NCBI GenBank assembly: GCA_051313645.2
Contig: JBNRSN020000470.1
Location: forward strand, 186,001 to 250,000
DNA: 64,000 nt
From: Centroscyllium fabricii
Lineage: Eukaryota
Direction: 5' to 3'
In this document: positions 1 through 16,400 of the stretch, in pieces
Numbering within the stretch: the stretch's first letter is position 1
How the letters are laid out: every line of letters starts with the position of its first letter
Translations under genes and position numbers: made by a program
The notes under the pieces: generated by a model
The model's input: only the letters and a program-made list of their open reading frames with translations
Databases searched by the model: none
What the model was told of the DNA's origin: nothing

Positions 1-1405
1 ATACCCGCCGTACTGGGGGAGATAATACCCGCCGTACTGGGGGAGATAATACCCGCCGTACTGGGGGAGATAATACCCGCCGTACTGGGGGAGATAATAC
101 CCGCCGTACTGGGGTAGAGAATACCCGCCGTACTGGGGTAGATAATACCTGCCGTACTGGGGGAGATAATACCCGCCGTACTGGGGGAGATGATACCCGC
201 CGTACTGGGGGAGATGATACCCGCCGTACTGGGGGAGATAATACCCGCCGTACTGGGGGTGATAATACCCGCCGTACTGGAGGAGATAATACCCGCCGTA
301 CTGGGGGAGATAATACCCGCCGTACGGGGGGAGATAATACCCGCCGTACTGGAGGAGATAATATCCGCCGTACTGGGGGAGATAATATCCGCCGTACTGG
401 GGGAGATAATACCCGCCGTACGGAGGGAGATAATACCCGCCGTACTGGGGGAGATAATACCCGCCGTACTGGAGGAGATAATACCCGCCGTACTGGGGGA
501 GATAATACCCGCCGTACTGGGGGAGATAATACCCGCCGTACTGGAGGAGATAATACCCGCCGTACTGGAGGAGATCATACCCGCCGTACTGGGGGAGATA
601 ATACCCGTCGTACGGGGGGAGATAATACCCGCCGTACGGAGGGAGATAATACCCGCCGTACTGGGGGTGATAATACCCGCCGTACTGGGGGTGATAATAC
701 CCGCCGTACTGGAGGAGATAATACCCGCCGTACTGGGGGAGATAATAACAGCCGTACTGGGGGTGATAATACCCGCCGTACTGGGGGTGATAATACCCGC
801 CGTACTGGGGGAGATAATACCCGCCGTACGGGGGGAGATGATACCCGCCGTACTGGGGGAGATAATACCTGATGTACTGGGGGAGATAATACCCGCCATA
901 CTGGGGGAGATAATACCTGATGTACTGGGGGAGATAATACCCGCCGTACTGGGGGAGATAATACCCGCCGTACTGGGGGTGATAATACCTGATGTACTGG
1001 GGGAGATAATACCCGCCATACTGGGGGAGATAATACCTGATGTACTGGGGGAGATAATACCCGCCGTACTGGGGGAGATAATACCCGCCGTACTGGGGGA
1101 GATAATACCCGCCGTACTGGTTGTGATTATACCTGATGTACTGGGGGAGATAATACCCGCCATACTGGGGGAGATAATACCTGATGTACTGGGGGAGATA
1201 ATACCCGCCGTACTGGGGGAGATAATACTCGCCGTACTGGGGGTGATAATACCTGATGTACTGGGGGAGATAATACCCGCCGTACTGGGGGAGATAATAC
1301 CCGCCGTACCGGGGGTGATAATACCTGATGTACTGGGGGAGATAATACCCGCCATACTGGGGGAGATAGTACCCGCCATACGGGGGGAGATAATACCCGC
1401 CGTAC

Positions 1406-4400
1406 GGGGGGGGAGATAATACCCGCCGTACTGGGGGTGATAATACCCGCCATACTGGGGGAGATAATACCCGCCATACGGGGGGAGATAATACCCGCCG
1501 TACGGGGGGAGATAATACCCGCCGTACTGGGGGTGATAATACCCGCCGTACTGGGGGAGATAATACCCGCCGTACTGGGGGAGATAATACCCGCCGTACT
1601 GGGGGAGATAATACCCGCCGTACTGGGGGAGATAATACCCGCCGTACTGGGGGAGATAATACCCGCCGTACTGGGGGAGATAATACCCGCCGTACTGGGG
1701 GTGATAATACCTGATGTACTGGGGGAGATAATACCCGCCATACTGGGGGAGATAATACCTGATGTACTGGGGGAGATAATACCCGCCATACTGGGGGAGA
1801 TAATACCTGCCGTACTGGGGGTGATAATACCTGATGTACTGGGGGAGATAATACCCGCCATACTGGGGGAGATAATACCCGCCATACGGGGGGAGATAAT
1901 ACCCGCCGTACGGGGGGAGATAATACCCGACGTACTGGGGGTGATAATACCCGCCGTACTGGGGGAGATAATACCCGCCATACGGGGGGAGATAATACCC
2001 GCCGTACTGGGGGAGATAATACCCGCCGTACTGGGGGAGATAATACCCGCCGTACGGGAGGAGATAATACCCGCCGTACTGGGGGAGATAATACCTGCCG
2101 TACTGGGGGAGATAATACCCGCCGTACTGGGGGAGATAATACCCGCCGTACTGGGGGAGATAATACCCGCCGTACAGGGGGAGATGATACCCGCCGTACT
2201 GGGGGAGATGATACCCGCCGTACTGGCGGAGATAATACCCGCCGTACTGGGGGTGATAATACCCGCCGTACTGGAGGAGATAATACCCGCCGTACTGGGG
2301 GAGATAATACCCGCCGTACGGGGGGAGATAATACCCGCCGTACTGGAGGAGATAATATCCGCCGTACTGGGGGAGATAATACCCGCCGTACTGGGGGAGA
2401 TAATACCCGCCGTACTGGGGGTGATAATACCTGATGTACTGGGGGAGATAATACCCGCCATACTGGGGGAGATAATACCCGCCATACGGGGGGAGATAAT
2501 ACCCGCCGTACGGGGGGAGATAATACCCGACGTACTGGGGGTGATAATACCCGCCGTACTGGGGGAGATAATACCCGCCATACGGGGGGAGATAATACCC
2601 GCCGTACTGGGGGAGATAATACCCGCCGTACTGGGGGAGATAATACCCGCCGTACGGGAGGAGATAATACCCGCCGTACTGGGGGAGATAATACCCGCCG
2701 TACTGGGGGAGATAATACCCGCCGTACTGGGGGAGATAATACCCGCCGTACTGGGGGAGATAATACCCGCCGTACTGGGGGAGATAATACCCGCCGTACT
2801 GGGGGAGATAATACCCGCCGTACAGGGGGAGATGATACCCGCCGTACTGGGGGAGATGATACCCGCCGTACTGGGGGAGATGATACCCGCCGTACTGGGG
2901 GTGATAATACCCACCGTACTGGAGGAGATAATACCCGCCGTACTGGGGGAGATAATACCCGCCGTACGGGGGGAGATAATACCCGCCGTACTGGAGGAGA
3001 TAATATCCGCCGTACTGGGGGAGATAATATCCGCCGTACTGGGGGAGATAATACCCGCCGTACGGAGGGAGATAATACCCGCCGTACTGGGGGAGATAAT
3101 ACCCGCCGTACTGGAGGAGATAATACCCGCCGTACTGGAGGAGATAATACCCGCCGTACTGGGGGAGATAATACCCGCCGTACGGGGGGAGATAATACCC
3201 GCCGTACTGGGGGTGTTAATACCCGCCGTACTGGAGGAGATAATACCCGCCGTACTGGGGGTGATAATACCCGCCGTACTGGAGGAGATAATACCCGCCG
3301 TACTGGAGGAGATAATACCCGCCGTACTGGGGGAGATAATAACCGCCGTACTGGGGGTGATAATACCCGCCGTACTGGGGGTGATAATACCCGCCGTACT
3401 GGGGGAGATAATACCCGCCGTACGGGGGGAGATGATACCCGCCGTACTGGAGGAGATAATACCCGCCGTGCTGGGAGAGATAATACCCGCCGTACTGGTG
3501 GAGATAATACCCGCCGTACTGGCGGAGATAATACCCGCCGTACTGGGGGTGATAATACCCGCCGTACTGGGGGAGATAATACCCGCCGTACTGGGGGAGA
3601 TAATACCTGATGTACTGGGGGTGATAATACCCGCCGTACTGGGGGAGATAATACCCGCCGTACAGGGGGAGATAATACCCGCCGTACTGGGGGAGATAAT
3701 ACCTTCCGCACTGGAAGAGATAATACCTGACGCACTGGGGGTGATAATACCCGCCATACTGGGGGTGATAATACCCGCCGTACTGAGGGAGATAATACCC
3801 GCCGTACTGGGGGTGATAATACCTGATTTACTGGGGGAGATAATACCTGATGTACTGGGGGAGATAATACCCGCCGTACTGGGGGAGATAATACCTGATG
3901 TACTGGGGGAGATAATACCCGCCGTACTGGGGGAGATAATACCCGCCGTACTGGGGGTGATAATACCTGATGTACTGGGGGAGATAATACCCGCCGTACT
4001 GGGGGAGATAATACCCGCCGTACTGGGGGAGATAATACCCGCCGTACTGGGGGTGATAATACCTGATGTACTGGGGGAGATAATACCCGCCATACTGGGG
4101 GAGATAATACCCGCCGTACTGGGGGTGATAATACCTGATGTACTGGGGGAGATAATACCCGCCATACGGGGGGAGATAATACCCGCCGTACTGGGGGTGA
4201 TAATACCTGATGTACTGGGGGAGATAATACCCGCCATACGGGGGGAGATAATACCCGCCGTACGGGGGGAGATAATACCCGCCGTACTGGGGGTGATAAT
4301 ACCCGCCATACTGGGGGAGATAATACCCGCCATACGGGGGGAGATAATACCCGCCGTACGGGGGGAGATAATACCCGCCGTACTGGGGGTGATAATACCC

Positions 4401-7400
4401 GCCGTACTGGGGGAGATAATACCCGCCGTACTGGGGGAGATAATACCTGATGTACTGGGGGAGATAATACCCGCCATACTGGGGGAGATAATACCTGATG
4501 TACTGGGGGAGATAATACCCGCCGTACTGGGGGAGATAATACCCGCCGTACTGGGGGTGATAATACCTGATGTACTGGGGGAGATAATACCCGCCATACT
4601 GGGGGAGATAATACCTGATGTACTGGGGGAGATAATACCCGCCGTACTGGGGGAGATAATACCCGCCGTACTGGGGGAGATAATACCCGCCGTACTGGGG
4701 GTGATAATACCTGATGTACTGGGGGAGATAATACCCGCCATACTGGGGGAGATAATACCTGATGTACTGGGGGAGATAATACCCGCCGTACTGGGGGAGA
4801 TAATATCCGCCGTACTGGGGGTGATAATACCTGATGTACTGGGGGAGATAATACCCGCCGTACTGGGGGAGATAATACCCGCCGTACCGGGGGTGATAAT
4901 ACCTGATGTACTGGGGGAGATAATACCCGCCATACTGGGGGAGATAATACCCGCCATACGGGGGGAGATAATACCCGCCGTACGGGGGGGAGATAATACC
5001 CGCCGTACGGGGGGGAGATAATACCCGCCGTACTGGGGGTGATAATACCCGCCATACTGGGGGAGATAATACCCGCCATACGGGGGGAGATAATACCCGC
5101 CGTACGGGGGGAGATAATACCCGCCGTACTGGGGGTGATAATACCCGCCGTACTGGGGGAGATAATACCCGCCGTACTGGGGGAGATAATACCCGCCGTA
5201 CTGGGGGAGATAATACCCGCCGTACTGGGGGAGATAATACCCGCCGTACTGGGGGAGATAATACCCGCCGTACTGGGGGTGATAATACCTGATGTACTGG
5301 GGGAGATAATACCCGCCATACTGGGGGAGATAATACCTGATGTACTGGGGGAGATAATACCCGCCATACTGGGGGAGATAATACCCGCCGTACTGGGGGT
5401 GATAATACCTGATGTACTGGGGGAGATAATACCCGCCATACTGGGGGAGATAATACCCGCCATACGGGGGGAGATAATACCCGCCGTACGGGGGGAGATA
5501 ATACCCGACGTACTGGGGGTGATAATACCCGCCGTACTGGGGGAGATAATACCCGCCATACGGGGGGAGATAATACCCGCCGTACTGGGGGAGATAATAC
5601 CCGCCGTACGGGAGGAGATAATACCCGCCGTACTGGGGGAGATAATACCCGCCGTACTGGGGGAGATAATACCCGCCGTACTGGGGGAGATAATACCCGC
5701 CGTACTGGGGGAGATAATACCCGCCGTACTGGGGGAGATAATACCCGCCGTACTGGGGGAGATAATACCCGCCGTACAGGGGGAGATGATACCCGCCGTA
5801 CTGGGGGAGATGATACCCGCCGTACTGGGGGAGATAATACCCGCCGTACTGGGGGTGATAATACCCGCCGTACTGGAGGAGATAATACCCGCCGTACTGG
5901 GGGTGATAATACCCGCCGTACTGGGGGAGATAATACCCGCCGTACGGGGGGAGATGATACCCGCCGTACTGGAGGAGATAATACCCGCCGTGCTGGGAGA
6001 GATAATACCCGCCGTACTGGTGGAGATAATACCCGCCGTACTGGCGGAGATAATACCCGCCGTACTGGGGGTGATAATACCCGCCGTACTGGGGGAGATA
6101 ATACCCGCCGTACTGGGGGAGATAATACCTGATGTACTGGGGGTGATAATACCCGCCGTACTGGGGGAGATAATACCCGCCGTACAGGGGGAGATAATAC
6201 CCGCCGTACTGGGGGAGATAATACCTTCCGCACTGGAAGAGATAATACCTGACGCACTGGGGGTGATAATACCCGCCATACTGGGGGTGATAATACCCGC
6301 CGTACTGAGGGAGATAATACCCGCCGTACTGGGGGTGATAATACCTGATTTACTGGGGGAGATAATACCTGATGTACTGGGGGAGATAATACCCGCCGTA
6401 CTGGGGGAGATAATACCTGATGTACTGGGGGAGATAATACCCGCCGTACTGGGGGAGATAATACCCGCCGTACTGGGGGTGATAATACCTGATGTACTGG
6501 GGGAGATAATACCCGCCGTACTGGGGGAGATAATACCCGCCGTACTGGGGGAGATAATACCCGCCGTACTGGGGGTGATAATACCTGATGTACTGGGGGA
6601 GATAATACCCGCCATACTGGGGGAGATAATACCCGCCGTACTGGGGGTGATAATACCTGATGTACTGGGGGAGATAATACCCGCCATACTGGGGGAGATA
6701 ATACCCGCCATACGGGGGGAGATAATACCCGCCGTACGGGGGGAGATAATACCCGCCGTACTGGGGGTGATAATACCCGCCATACTGGGGGAGATAATAC
6801 CCGCCATACGGGGGGAGATAATACCCGCCGTACGGGGGGAGATAATACCCGCCGTACTGGGGGTGATAATACCCGCCGTACTGGGGGAGATAATACCCGC
6901 CGTACTGGGGGAGATAATACCTGATGTACTGGGGGAGATAATACCCGCCATACTGGGGGAGATAATACCTGATGTACTGGGGGAGATAATACCCGCCGTA
7001 CTGGGGGAGATAATACCCGCCGTACTGGGGGTGATAATACCTGATGTACTGGGGGAGATAATACCCGCCATACTGGGGGAGATAATACCTGATGTACTGG
7101 GGGAGATAATACCCGCCGTACTGGGGGAGATAATACCCGCCGTACTGGGGGAGATAATACCCGCCGTACTGGGGGTGATAATACCTGATGTACTGGGGGA
7201 GATAATACCCGCCATACTGGGGGAGATAATACCTGATGCACTGGGGGAGATAATACCCGCCGTACTGGGGGAGATAATACCCGCCGTACTGGGGGTGATA
7301 ATACCTGATGTACTGGGGGAGATAATACCCGCCGTACTGGGGGAGATAATACCCGCCGTACCGGGGGTGATAATACCTGATGTACTTTGGGAGATAATAC

Positions 7401-10400
7401 CCGCCATACTGGGGGAGATAATACCCGCCATACGGGGGGAGATAATACCCGCCGTACGGGGGGGAGATAATACCCGCCGTACGGGGGGGAGATAATACCC
7501 GCCGTACTGGGGGTGATAATACCCGCCATACTGGGGGAGATAATACCCGCCATACGGGGGGAGATAATACCCGCCGTACGGGGGGAGATAATACCCGCCG
7601 TACTGGGGGTGATAATACCCGCCGTACTGGGGGAGATAATACCCGCCGTACTGGGGGAGATAATACCCGCCGTACTGGGGGAGATAATACCCGCCGTACT
7701 GGGGGAGATAATACCCGCCGTACTGGGGGAGATAATACCCGCCGTACTATGGGAGATAATACCTGATGTACTGGGGGAGATAATACCCGCCATACTGGGG
7801 GAGATAATACCCGCCGTACTGGGGGTGATAATACCTGATGTACTGGGGGAGATAATACCCGCCATACTGGGGGAGATAATACCCGCCATACGGGGGGAGA
7901 TAATACCCGCCGTACGGGGGGAGATAATACCCGACGTACTGGGGGTGATAATACCCGCCGTACTGGGGGAGATAATACCCGCCGTACGGGGGGAGATAAT
8001 ACCCGCCGTACTGGAGGAGATAATATCCGCCGTACTGGGGGAGATAATACCCGCCGTACTGGGGGAGATAATACCCGCCGTACTGGGGGTGATAATACCT
8101 GATGTACTGGGGGAGATAATACCCGCCATACTGGGGGAGATAATACCCGCCATACGGGGGGAGATAATACCCGCCGTACGGGGGGAGATAATACCCGACG
8201 TACTGGGGGTGATAATACCCGCCGTACTGGGGGAGATAATACCCGCCATACGGGGGGAGATAATACCCGCCGTACTGGGGGAGATAATACCCGCCGTACT
8301 GGGGGAGATAATACCCGCCGTACGGGAGGAGATAATACCCGCCATACTGGGGGAGATAATACCCGCCGTACTGGGGGAGATAATACCCGCCGTACTGGGG
8401 GAGATAATACCCGCCGTACTGGGGGAGATAATACCCGCCGTACTGGGGGAGATAATACCCGCCGTACTGGGGGAGATAATACCCGCCGTACAGGGGGAGA
8501 TGATACCCGCCGTACTGGGGGAGATGATACCCGCCGTACTGGGGGAGATGATACCCGCCGTACTGGGGGTGATAATACCCACCGTACTGGAGGAGATAAT
8601 ACCCGCCGTACTGGGGGAGATAATACCCGCCGTACGGGGGGAGATAATACCCGCCGTACTGGAGGAGATAATATCCGCCGTACTGGGGGAGATAATATCC
8701 GCCGTACTGGGGGAGATAATACCCGCCGTACGGAGGGAGATAATACCCGCCGTACTGGGGGAGATAATACCCGCCGTACTGGAGGAGATAATACCCGCCG
8801 TACTGGGGGAGATAATACCCGCCGTACTGGAGGAGATAATACCCGCCGTACTGGAGGAGATAATACCCGCCGTACTGGGGGAGATAATACCCGCCGTACT
8901 GGGGGTGTTAATACCCGCCGTACTGGAGGAGATAATACCCGCCGTACTGGGGGTGATAATACCCGCCGTACTGGAGGAGATAATACCCGCCGTACTGGAG
9001 GAGATAATACCCGCCGTACTGGGGGAGATAATAACCGCCGTACTGGGGGTGATAATACCCGCCGTACTGGGGGTGATAATACCCGCCGTACTGGGGGAGA
9101 TAATACCCGCCGTACGGGGGGAGATGATACCCGCCGTACTGGAGGAGATAATACCCGCCGTGCTGGGAGAGATAATACCCGCCGTACTGGTGGAGATAAT
9201 ACCCGCCGTACTGGCGGAGATAATACCCGCCGTACTGGGGGTGATAATACCCGCCGTACTGGGGGAGATAATACCCGCCGTACTGGGGGAGATAATACCT
9301 GATGTACTGGGGGTGATAATACCCGCCGTACTGGGGGAGATAATACCTGATGTACTGGGGGTGATAATACCCGCCGTACAGGGGGAGATAATACCCGCCG
9401 TACTGGGGGAGATAATACCTTCCGCACTGGAAGAGATAATACCTGACGCACTGGGGGTGATAATACCCGCCATACTGGGGGTGATAATACCCGCCGTACT
9501 GAGGGAGATAATACCCGCCGTACTGGGGGTGATAATACCTGATTTACTGGGGGAGATAATACCTGATGTACTGGGGGAGATAATACCCGCCGTACTGGGG
9601 GAGATAATACCTGATGTACTGGGGGAGATAATACCCGCCGTACTGGGGGAGATAATACCCGCCGTACTGGGGGTGATAATACCTGATGTACTGGGGGAGA
9701 TAATACCCGCCGTACTGGGGGAGATAATACCCGCCGTACTGGGGGAGATAATACCCGCCGTACTGGGGGTGATAATACCTGATGTACTGGGGGAGATAAT
9801 ACCCGCCATACTGGGGGAGATAATACCCGCCGTACTGGGGGTGATAATACCTGATGTACTGGGGGAGATAATACCCGCCATACGGGGGGAGATAATACCC
9901 GCCGTACTGGGGGTGATAATACCTGATGTACTGGGGGAGATAATACCCGCCATACGGGGGGAGATAATACCCGCCGTACGGGGGGAGATAATACCCGCCG
10001 TACTGGGGGTGATAATACCCGCCATACTGGGGGAGATAATACCCGCCATACGGGGGGAGATAATACCCGCCGTACGGGGGGAGATAATACCCGCCGTACT
10101 GGGGGTGATAATACCCGCCGTACTGGGGGAGATAATACCCGCCGTACTGGGGGAGATAATACCTGATGTACTGGGGGAGATAATACCCGCCATACTGGGG
10201 GAGATAATACCTGATGTACTGGGGGAGATAATACCCGCCGTACTGGGGGAGATAATACCCGCCGTACTGGGGGTGATAATACCTGATGTACTGGGGGAGA
10301 TAATACCCGCCATACTGGGGGAGATAATACCTGATGTACTGGGGGAGATAATACCCGCCGTACTGGGGGAGATAATACCCGCCGTACTGGGGGAGATAAT

Positions 10401-13400
10401 ACCCGCCGTACTGGGGGTGATAATACCTGATGTACTGGGGGAGATAATACCCGCCATACTGGGGGAGATAATACCTGATGTACTGGGGGAGATAATACCC
10501 GCCGTACTGGGGGAGATAATATCCGCCGTACTGGGGGTGATAATACCTGATGTACTGGGGGAGATAATACCCGCCGTACTGGGGGAGATAATACCCGCCG
10601 TACCGGGGGTGATAATACCTGATGTACTGGGGGAGATAATACCCGCCATACTGGGGGAGATAATACCCGCCATACGGGGGGAGATAATACCCGCCGTACG
10701 GGGGGGAGATAATACCCGCCGTACGGGGGGGAGATAATACCCGCCGTACTGGGGGTGATAATACCCGCCATACTGGGGGAGATAATACCCGCCATACGGG
10801 GGGAGATAATACCCGCCGTACGGGGGGAGATAATACCCGCCGTACTGGGGGTGATAATACCCGCCGTACTGGGGGAGATAATACCCGCCGTACTGGGGGA
10901 GATAATACCCGCCGTACTGGGGGAGATAATACCCGCCGTACTGGGGGAGATAATACCCGCCGTACTGGGGGAGATAATACCCGCCGTACTGGGGGTGATA
11001 ATACCTGATGTACTGGGGGAGATAATACCCGCCATACTGGGGGAGATAATACCTGATGTACTGGGGGAGATAATACCCGCCATACTGGGGGAGATAATAC
11101 CCGCCGTACTGGGGGTGATAATACCTGATGTACTGGGGGAGATAATACCCGCCATACTGGGGGAGATAATACCCGCCATACGGGGGGAGATAATACCCGC
11201 CGTACGGGGGGAGATAATACCCGACGTACTGGGGGTGATAATACCCGCCGTACTGGGGGAGATAATACCCGCCATACGGGGGGAGATAATACCCGCCGTA
11301 CTGGGGGAGATAATACCCGCCGTACGGGAGGAGATAATACCCGCCATACTGGGGGAGATAATACCCGCCGTACTGGGGGAGATAATACCCGCCGTACTGG
11401 GGGAGATAATACCCGCCGTACTGGGGGAGATAATACCCGCCGTACTGGGGGAGATAATACCCGCCGTACAGGGGGAGATGATACCCGCCGTACTGGGGGA
11501 GATGATACCCGCCGTACTGGGGGAGATAATACCCGCCGTACTGGGGGTGATAATACCCGCCGTACTGGAGGAGATAATACCCGCCGTACTGGGGGTGATA
11601 ATACCCGCCGTACTGGGGGAGATAATACCCGCCGTACGGGGGGAGATGATACCCGCCGTACTGGAGGAGATAATACCCGCCGTGCTGGGAGAGATAATAC
11701 CCGCCGTACTGGTGGAGATAATACCCGCCGTACTGGCGGAGATAATACCCGCCGTACTGGGGGTGATAATACCCGCCGTACTGGGGGAGATAATACCCGC
11801 CGTACTGGGGGAGATAATACCTGCCGTACTGGGGGAGATAATACCTGATGTACTGGGGGAGATAATACCCGCCATACTGGGGGAGATAATACCCGCCGTA
11901 CAGGGGGAGATAATACCCGCCGTACTGGGGGAGATAATACCTTCCGCACTGGAAGAGATAATACCTGACGCACTGGGGGTGATAATACCCGCCATACTGG
12001 GGGTGATAATACCCGCCGTACTGAGGGAGATAATACCCGCCGTACTGGGGGTGATAATACCTGATTTACTGGGGGAGATAATACCTGATGTACTGGGGGA
12101 GATAATACCCGCCGTACTGGGGGAGATAATACCTGATGTACTGGGGGAGATAATACCCGCCGTACTGGGGGAGATAATACCCGCCGTACTGGGGGTGATA
12201 ATACCTGATGTACTGGGGGAGATAATACCCGCCGTACTGGGGGAGATAATACCCGCCGTACTGGGGGAGATAATACCCGCCGTACTGGGGGTGATAATAC
12301 CTGATGTACTGGGGGAGATAATACCCGCCATACTGGGGGAGATAATACCCGCCGTACTGGGGGTGATAATACCTGATGTACTGGGGGAGATAATACCCGC
12401 CATACTGGGGGAGATAATACCCGCCATACGGGGGGAGATAATACCCGCCGTACGGGGGGAGATAATACCCGCCGTACTGGGGGTGATAATACCCGCCATA
12501 CTGGGGGAGATAATACCCGCCATACGGGGGGAGATAATACCCGCCGTACGGGGGGAGATAATACCCGCCGTACTGGGGGTGATAATACCCGCCGTACTGG
12601 GGGAGATAATACCCGCCGTACTGGGGGAGATAATACCTGATGTACTGGGGGAGATAATACCCGCCATACTGGGGGAGATAATACCTGATGTACTGGGGGA
12701 GATAATACCCGCCGTACTGGGGGAGATAATACCCGCCGTACTGGGGGTGATAATACCTGATGTACTGGGGGAGATAATACCCGCCATACTGGGGGAGATA
12801 ATACCTGATGTACTGGGGGAGATAATACCCGCCGTACTGGGGGAGATAATACCCGCCGTACTGGGGGAGATAATACCCGCCGTACTGGGGGTGATAATAC
12901 CTGATGTACTGGGGGAGATAATACCCGCCATACTGGGGGAGATAATACCTGATGTACTGGGGGAGATAATACCCGCCGTACTGGGGGAGATAATACCCGC
13001 CGTACCGGGGGTGATAATACCTGATGTACTTTGGGAGATAATACCCGCCATACTGGGGGAGATAATACCCGCCATACGGGGGGAGATAATACCCGCCGTA
13101 CGGGGGGGAGATAATACCCGCCGTACGGGGGGGAGATAATACCCGCCGTACTGGGGGTGATAATACCCGCCATACTGGGGGAGATAATACCCGCCATACG
13201 GGGGGAGATAATACCCGCCGTACGGGGGGAGATAATACCCGCCGTACTGGGGGTGATAATACCCGCCGTACTGGGGGAGATAATACCCGCCGTACTGGGG
13301 GAGATAATACCCGCCGTACTGGGGGAGATAATACCCGCCGTACTGGGGGAGATAATACCCGCCGTACTGGGGGAGATAATACCCGCCGTACTATGGGAGA

Positions 13401-16400
13401 TAATACCTGATGTACTGGGGGAGATAATACCCGCCATACTGGGGGAGATAATACCCGCCGTACTGGGGGTGATAATACCTGATGTACTGGGGGAGATAAT
13501 ACCCGCCATACTGGGGGAGATAATACCCGCCATACGGGGGGAGATAATACCCGCCGTACGGGGGGAGATAATACCCGACGTACTGGGGGTGATAATACCC
13601 GCCGTACTGGGGGAGATAATACCCGCCATACGGGGGGAGATAATACCCGCCGTACTGGGGGAGATAATACCCGCCGTACTGGAGGAGATAATACCCGCCG
13701 TACGGGAGGAGATAATACCCGCCATACTGGGGGAGATAATACCCGCCGTACTGGGGGAGATAATACCCGCCGTACTGGGGGAGATAATACCCGCCGTACT
13801 GGGGGAGATAATACCCGCCGTACTGGGGGAGATAATACCCGCCGTACTGGGGGAGATGATACCCGCCGTACAGGGGGAGATGATACCCGCCGTACTGGGG
13901 GAGATGATACCCGCCGTACTGGGGGAGATAATACCCGCCGTACTGGGGGTGATAATACCCGCCGTACTGGAGGAGATAATACCCGCCGTACTGGGGGTGA
14001 TAATACCCGCCGTACTGGGGGAGATAATACCCGCCGTACGGGGGGAGATGATACCCGCCGTACTGGAGGAGATAATACCCGCCGTGCTGGGAGAGATAAT
14101 ACCCGCCGTACTGGTGGAGATAATACCCGCCGTACTGGCGGAGATAATACCCGCCGTACTGGGGGTGATAATACCCGCCGTACTGGGGGAGATAATACCC
14201 GCCGTACTGGGGGAGATAATACCTGATGTACTGGGGGTGATAATACCCGCCGTACTGGGGGAGATAATACCCGCCGTACAGGGGGAGATAATACCCGCCG
14301 TACTGGGGGAGATAATACCTTCCGCACTGGAAGAGATAATACCTGACGCACTGGGGGTGATAATACCCGCCATACTGGGGGTGATAATACCCGCCGTACT
14401 GAGGGAGATAATACCCGCCGTACTGGGGGTGATAATACCTGATTTACTGGGGGAGATAATACCTGATGTACTGGGGGAGATAATACCCGCCGTACTGGGG
14501 GAGATAATACCTGATGTACTGGGGGAGATAATACCCGCCGTACTGGGGGAGATAATACCCGCCGTACTGGGGGTGATAATACCTGATGTACTGGGGGAGA
14601 TAATACCCGCCGTACTGGGGGAGATAATACCCGCCGTACTGGGGGAGATAATACCCGCCGTACTGGGGGTGATAATACCTGATGTACTGGGGGAGATAAT
14701 ACCCGCCATACTGGGGGAGATAATACCCGCCGTACTGGGGGTGATAATACCTGATGTACTGGGGGAGATAATACCCGCCATACTGGGGGAGATAATACCC
14801 GCCATACGGGGGGAGATAATACCCGCCGTACGGGGGGAGATAATACCCGCCGTACTGGGGGTGATAATACCCGCCATACTGGGGGAGATAATACCCGCCA
14901 TACGGGGGGAGATAATACCCGCCGTACGGGGGGAGATAATACCCGCCGTACTGGGGGTGATAATACCCGCCGTACTGGGGGAGATAATACCCGCCGTACT
15001 GGGGGAGATAATACCTGATGTACTGGGGGAGATAATACCCGCCATACTGGGGGAGATAATACCTGATGTACTGGGGGAGATAATACCCGCCGTACTGGGG
15101 AGATAATACCCGCCGTACTGGGGGTGATAATACCCGCCATACTGGGGGAGATAATACCTGATGTACTGGGGGAGATAATACCCGCCGTACTGGGGGAGAT
15201 AATACCCGCCGTACTGGGGGAGATAATACCCGCCGTACTGGGGGTGATAATACCTGATGTACTGGGGGAGATAATACCCGCCGTACTGGGGGAGATAATA
15301 CCCGCCGTACTGGGGGAGATAATACCCGCCATACTGGGGGAGATAATACCTGATGTACTGGGGGAGATAATACCCGCCATACTGGGGGAGATAATACCTG
15401 ATGTACTGGGGGAGATAATACCCGCCGTACTGGGGGAGATAATACCCGCCGTACTGGGGGAGATAATACCCGCCGTACTGGGGGTGATAATACCTGATGT
15501 ACTGGGGGAGATAATACCCGCCATACTGGGGGAGATAATACCTGATGTACTGGGGGAGATAATACCCGCCGTACTGGGGGAGATAATACCCGCCGTACTG
15601 GGGGTGATAATACCTGATGTACTGGGGGAGATAATACCCGCCGTACTGGGGGAGATAATACCCGCCGTACCGGGGGTGATAATACCTGATGTACTGGGGG
15701 AGATAATACCCGCCATACTGGGGGAGATAATACCCGCCATACGGGGGGAGATAATACCCGCCGTACGGGGGGGAGATAATACCCGCCGTACGGGGGGGAG
15801 ATAATACCCGCCGTACTGGGGGTGATAATACCCGCCATACTGGGGGAGATAATACCCGCCATACGGGGGGAGATAATACCCGCCGTACGGGGGGAGATAA
15901 TACCCGCCGTACTGGGGGTGATAATACCCGCCGTACTGGGGGAGATAATACCCGCCGTACTGGGGGAGATAATACCCGCCGTACTGGGGGAGATAATACC
16001 CGCCGTACTGGGGGAGATAATACCCGCCGTACTGGGGGAGATAATACCCGCCGTACTATGGGAGATAATACCTGATGTACTGGGGGAGATAATACCCGCC
16101 ATACTGGGGGAGATAATACCCGCCGTACTGGGGGTGATAATACCTGATGTACTGGGGGAGATAATACCCGCCATACTGGGGGAGATAATACCCGCCATAC
16201 GGGGGGAGATAATACCCGCCGTACGGGGGGAGATAATACCCGACGTACTGGGGGTGATAATACCCGCCGTACTGGGGGAGATAATACCCGCCATACGGGG
16301 GGAGATAATACCCGCCGTACTGGGGGAGATAATACCCGCCGTACTGGGGGAGATAATACCCGCCGTACGGGAGGAGATAATACCCGCCATACTGGGGGAG

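Noticed and set aside
3490-3505. Chi-like / minisatellite-core motifs (ACTGGTGG here, GGGCAGG elsewhere)
   Set aside because: They occur only in minority variants, one or two substitutions from the G-run, as expected by chance. Chi has no established role in this context.
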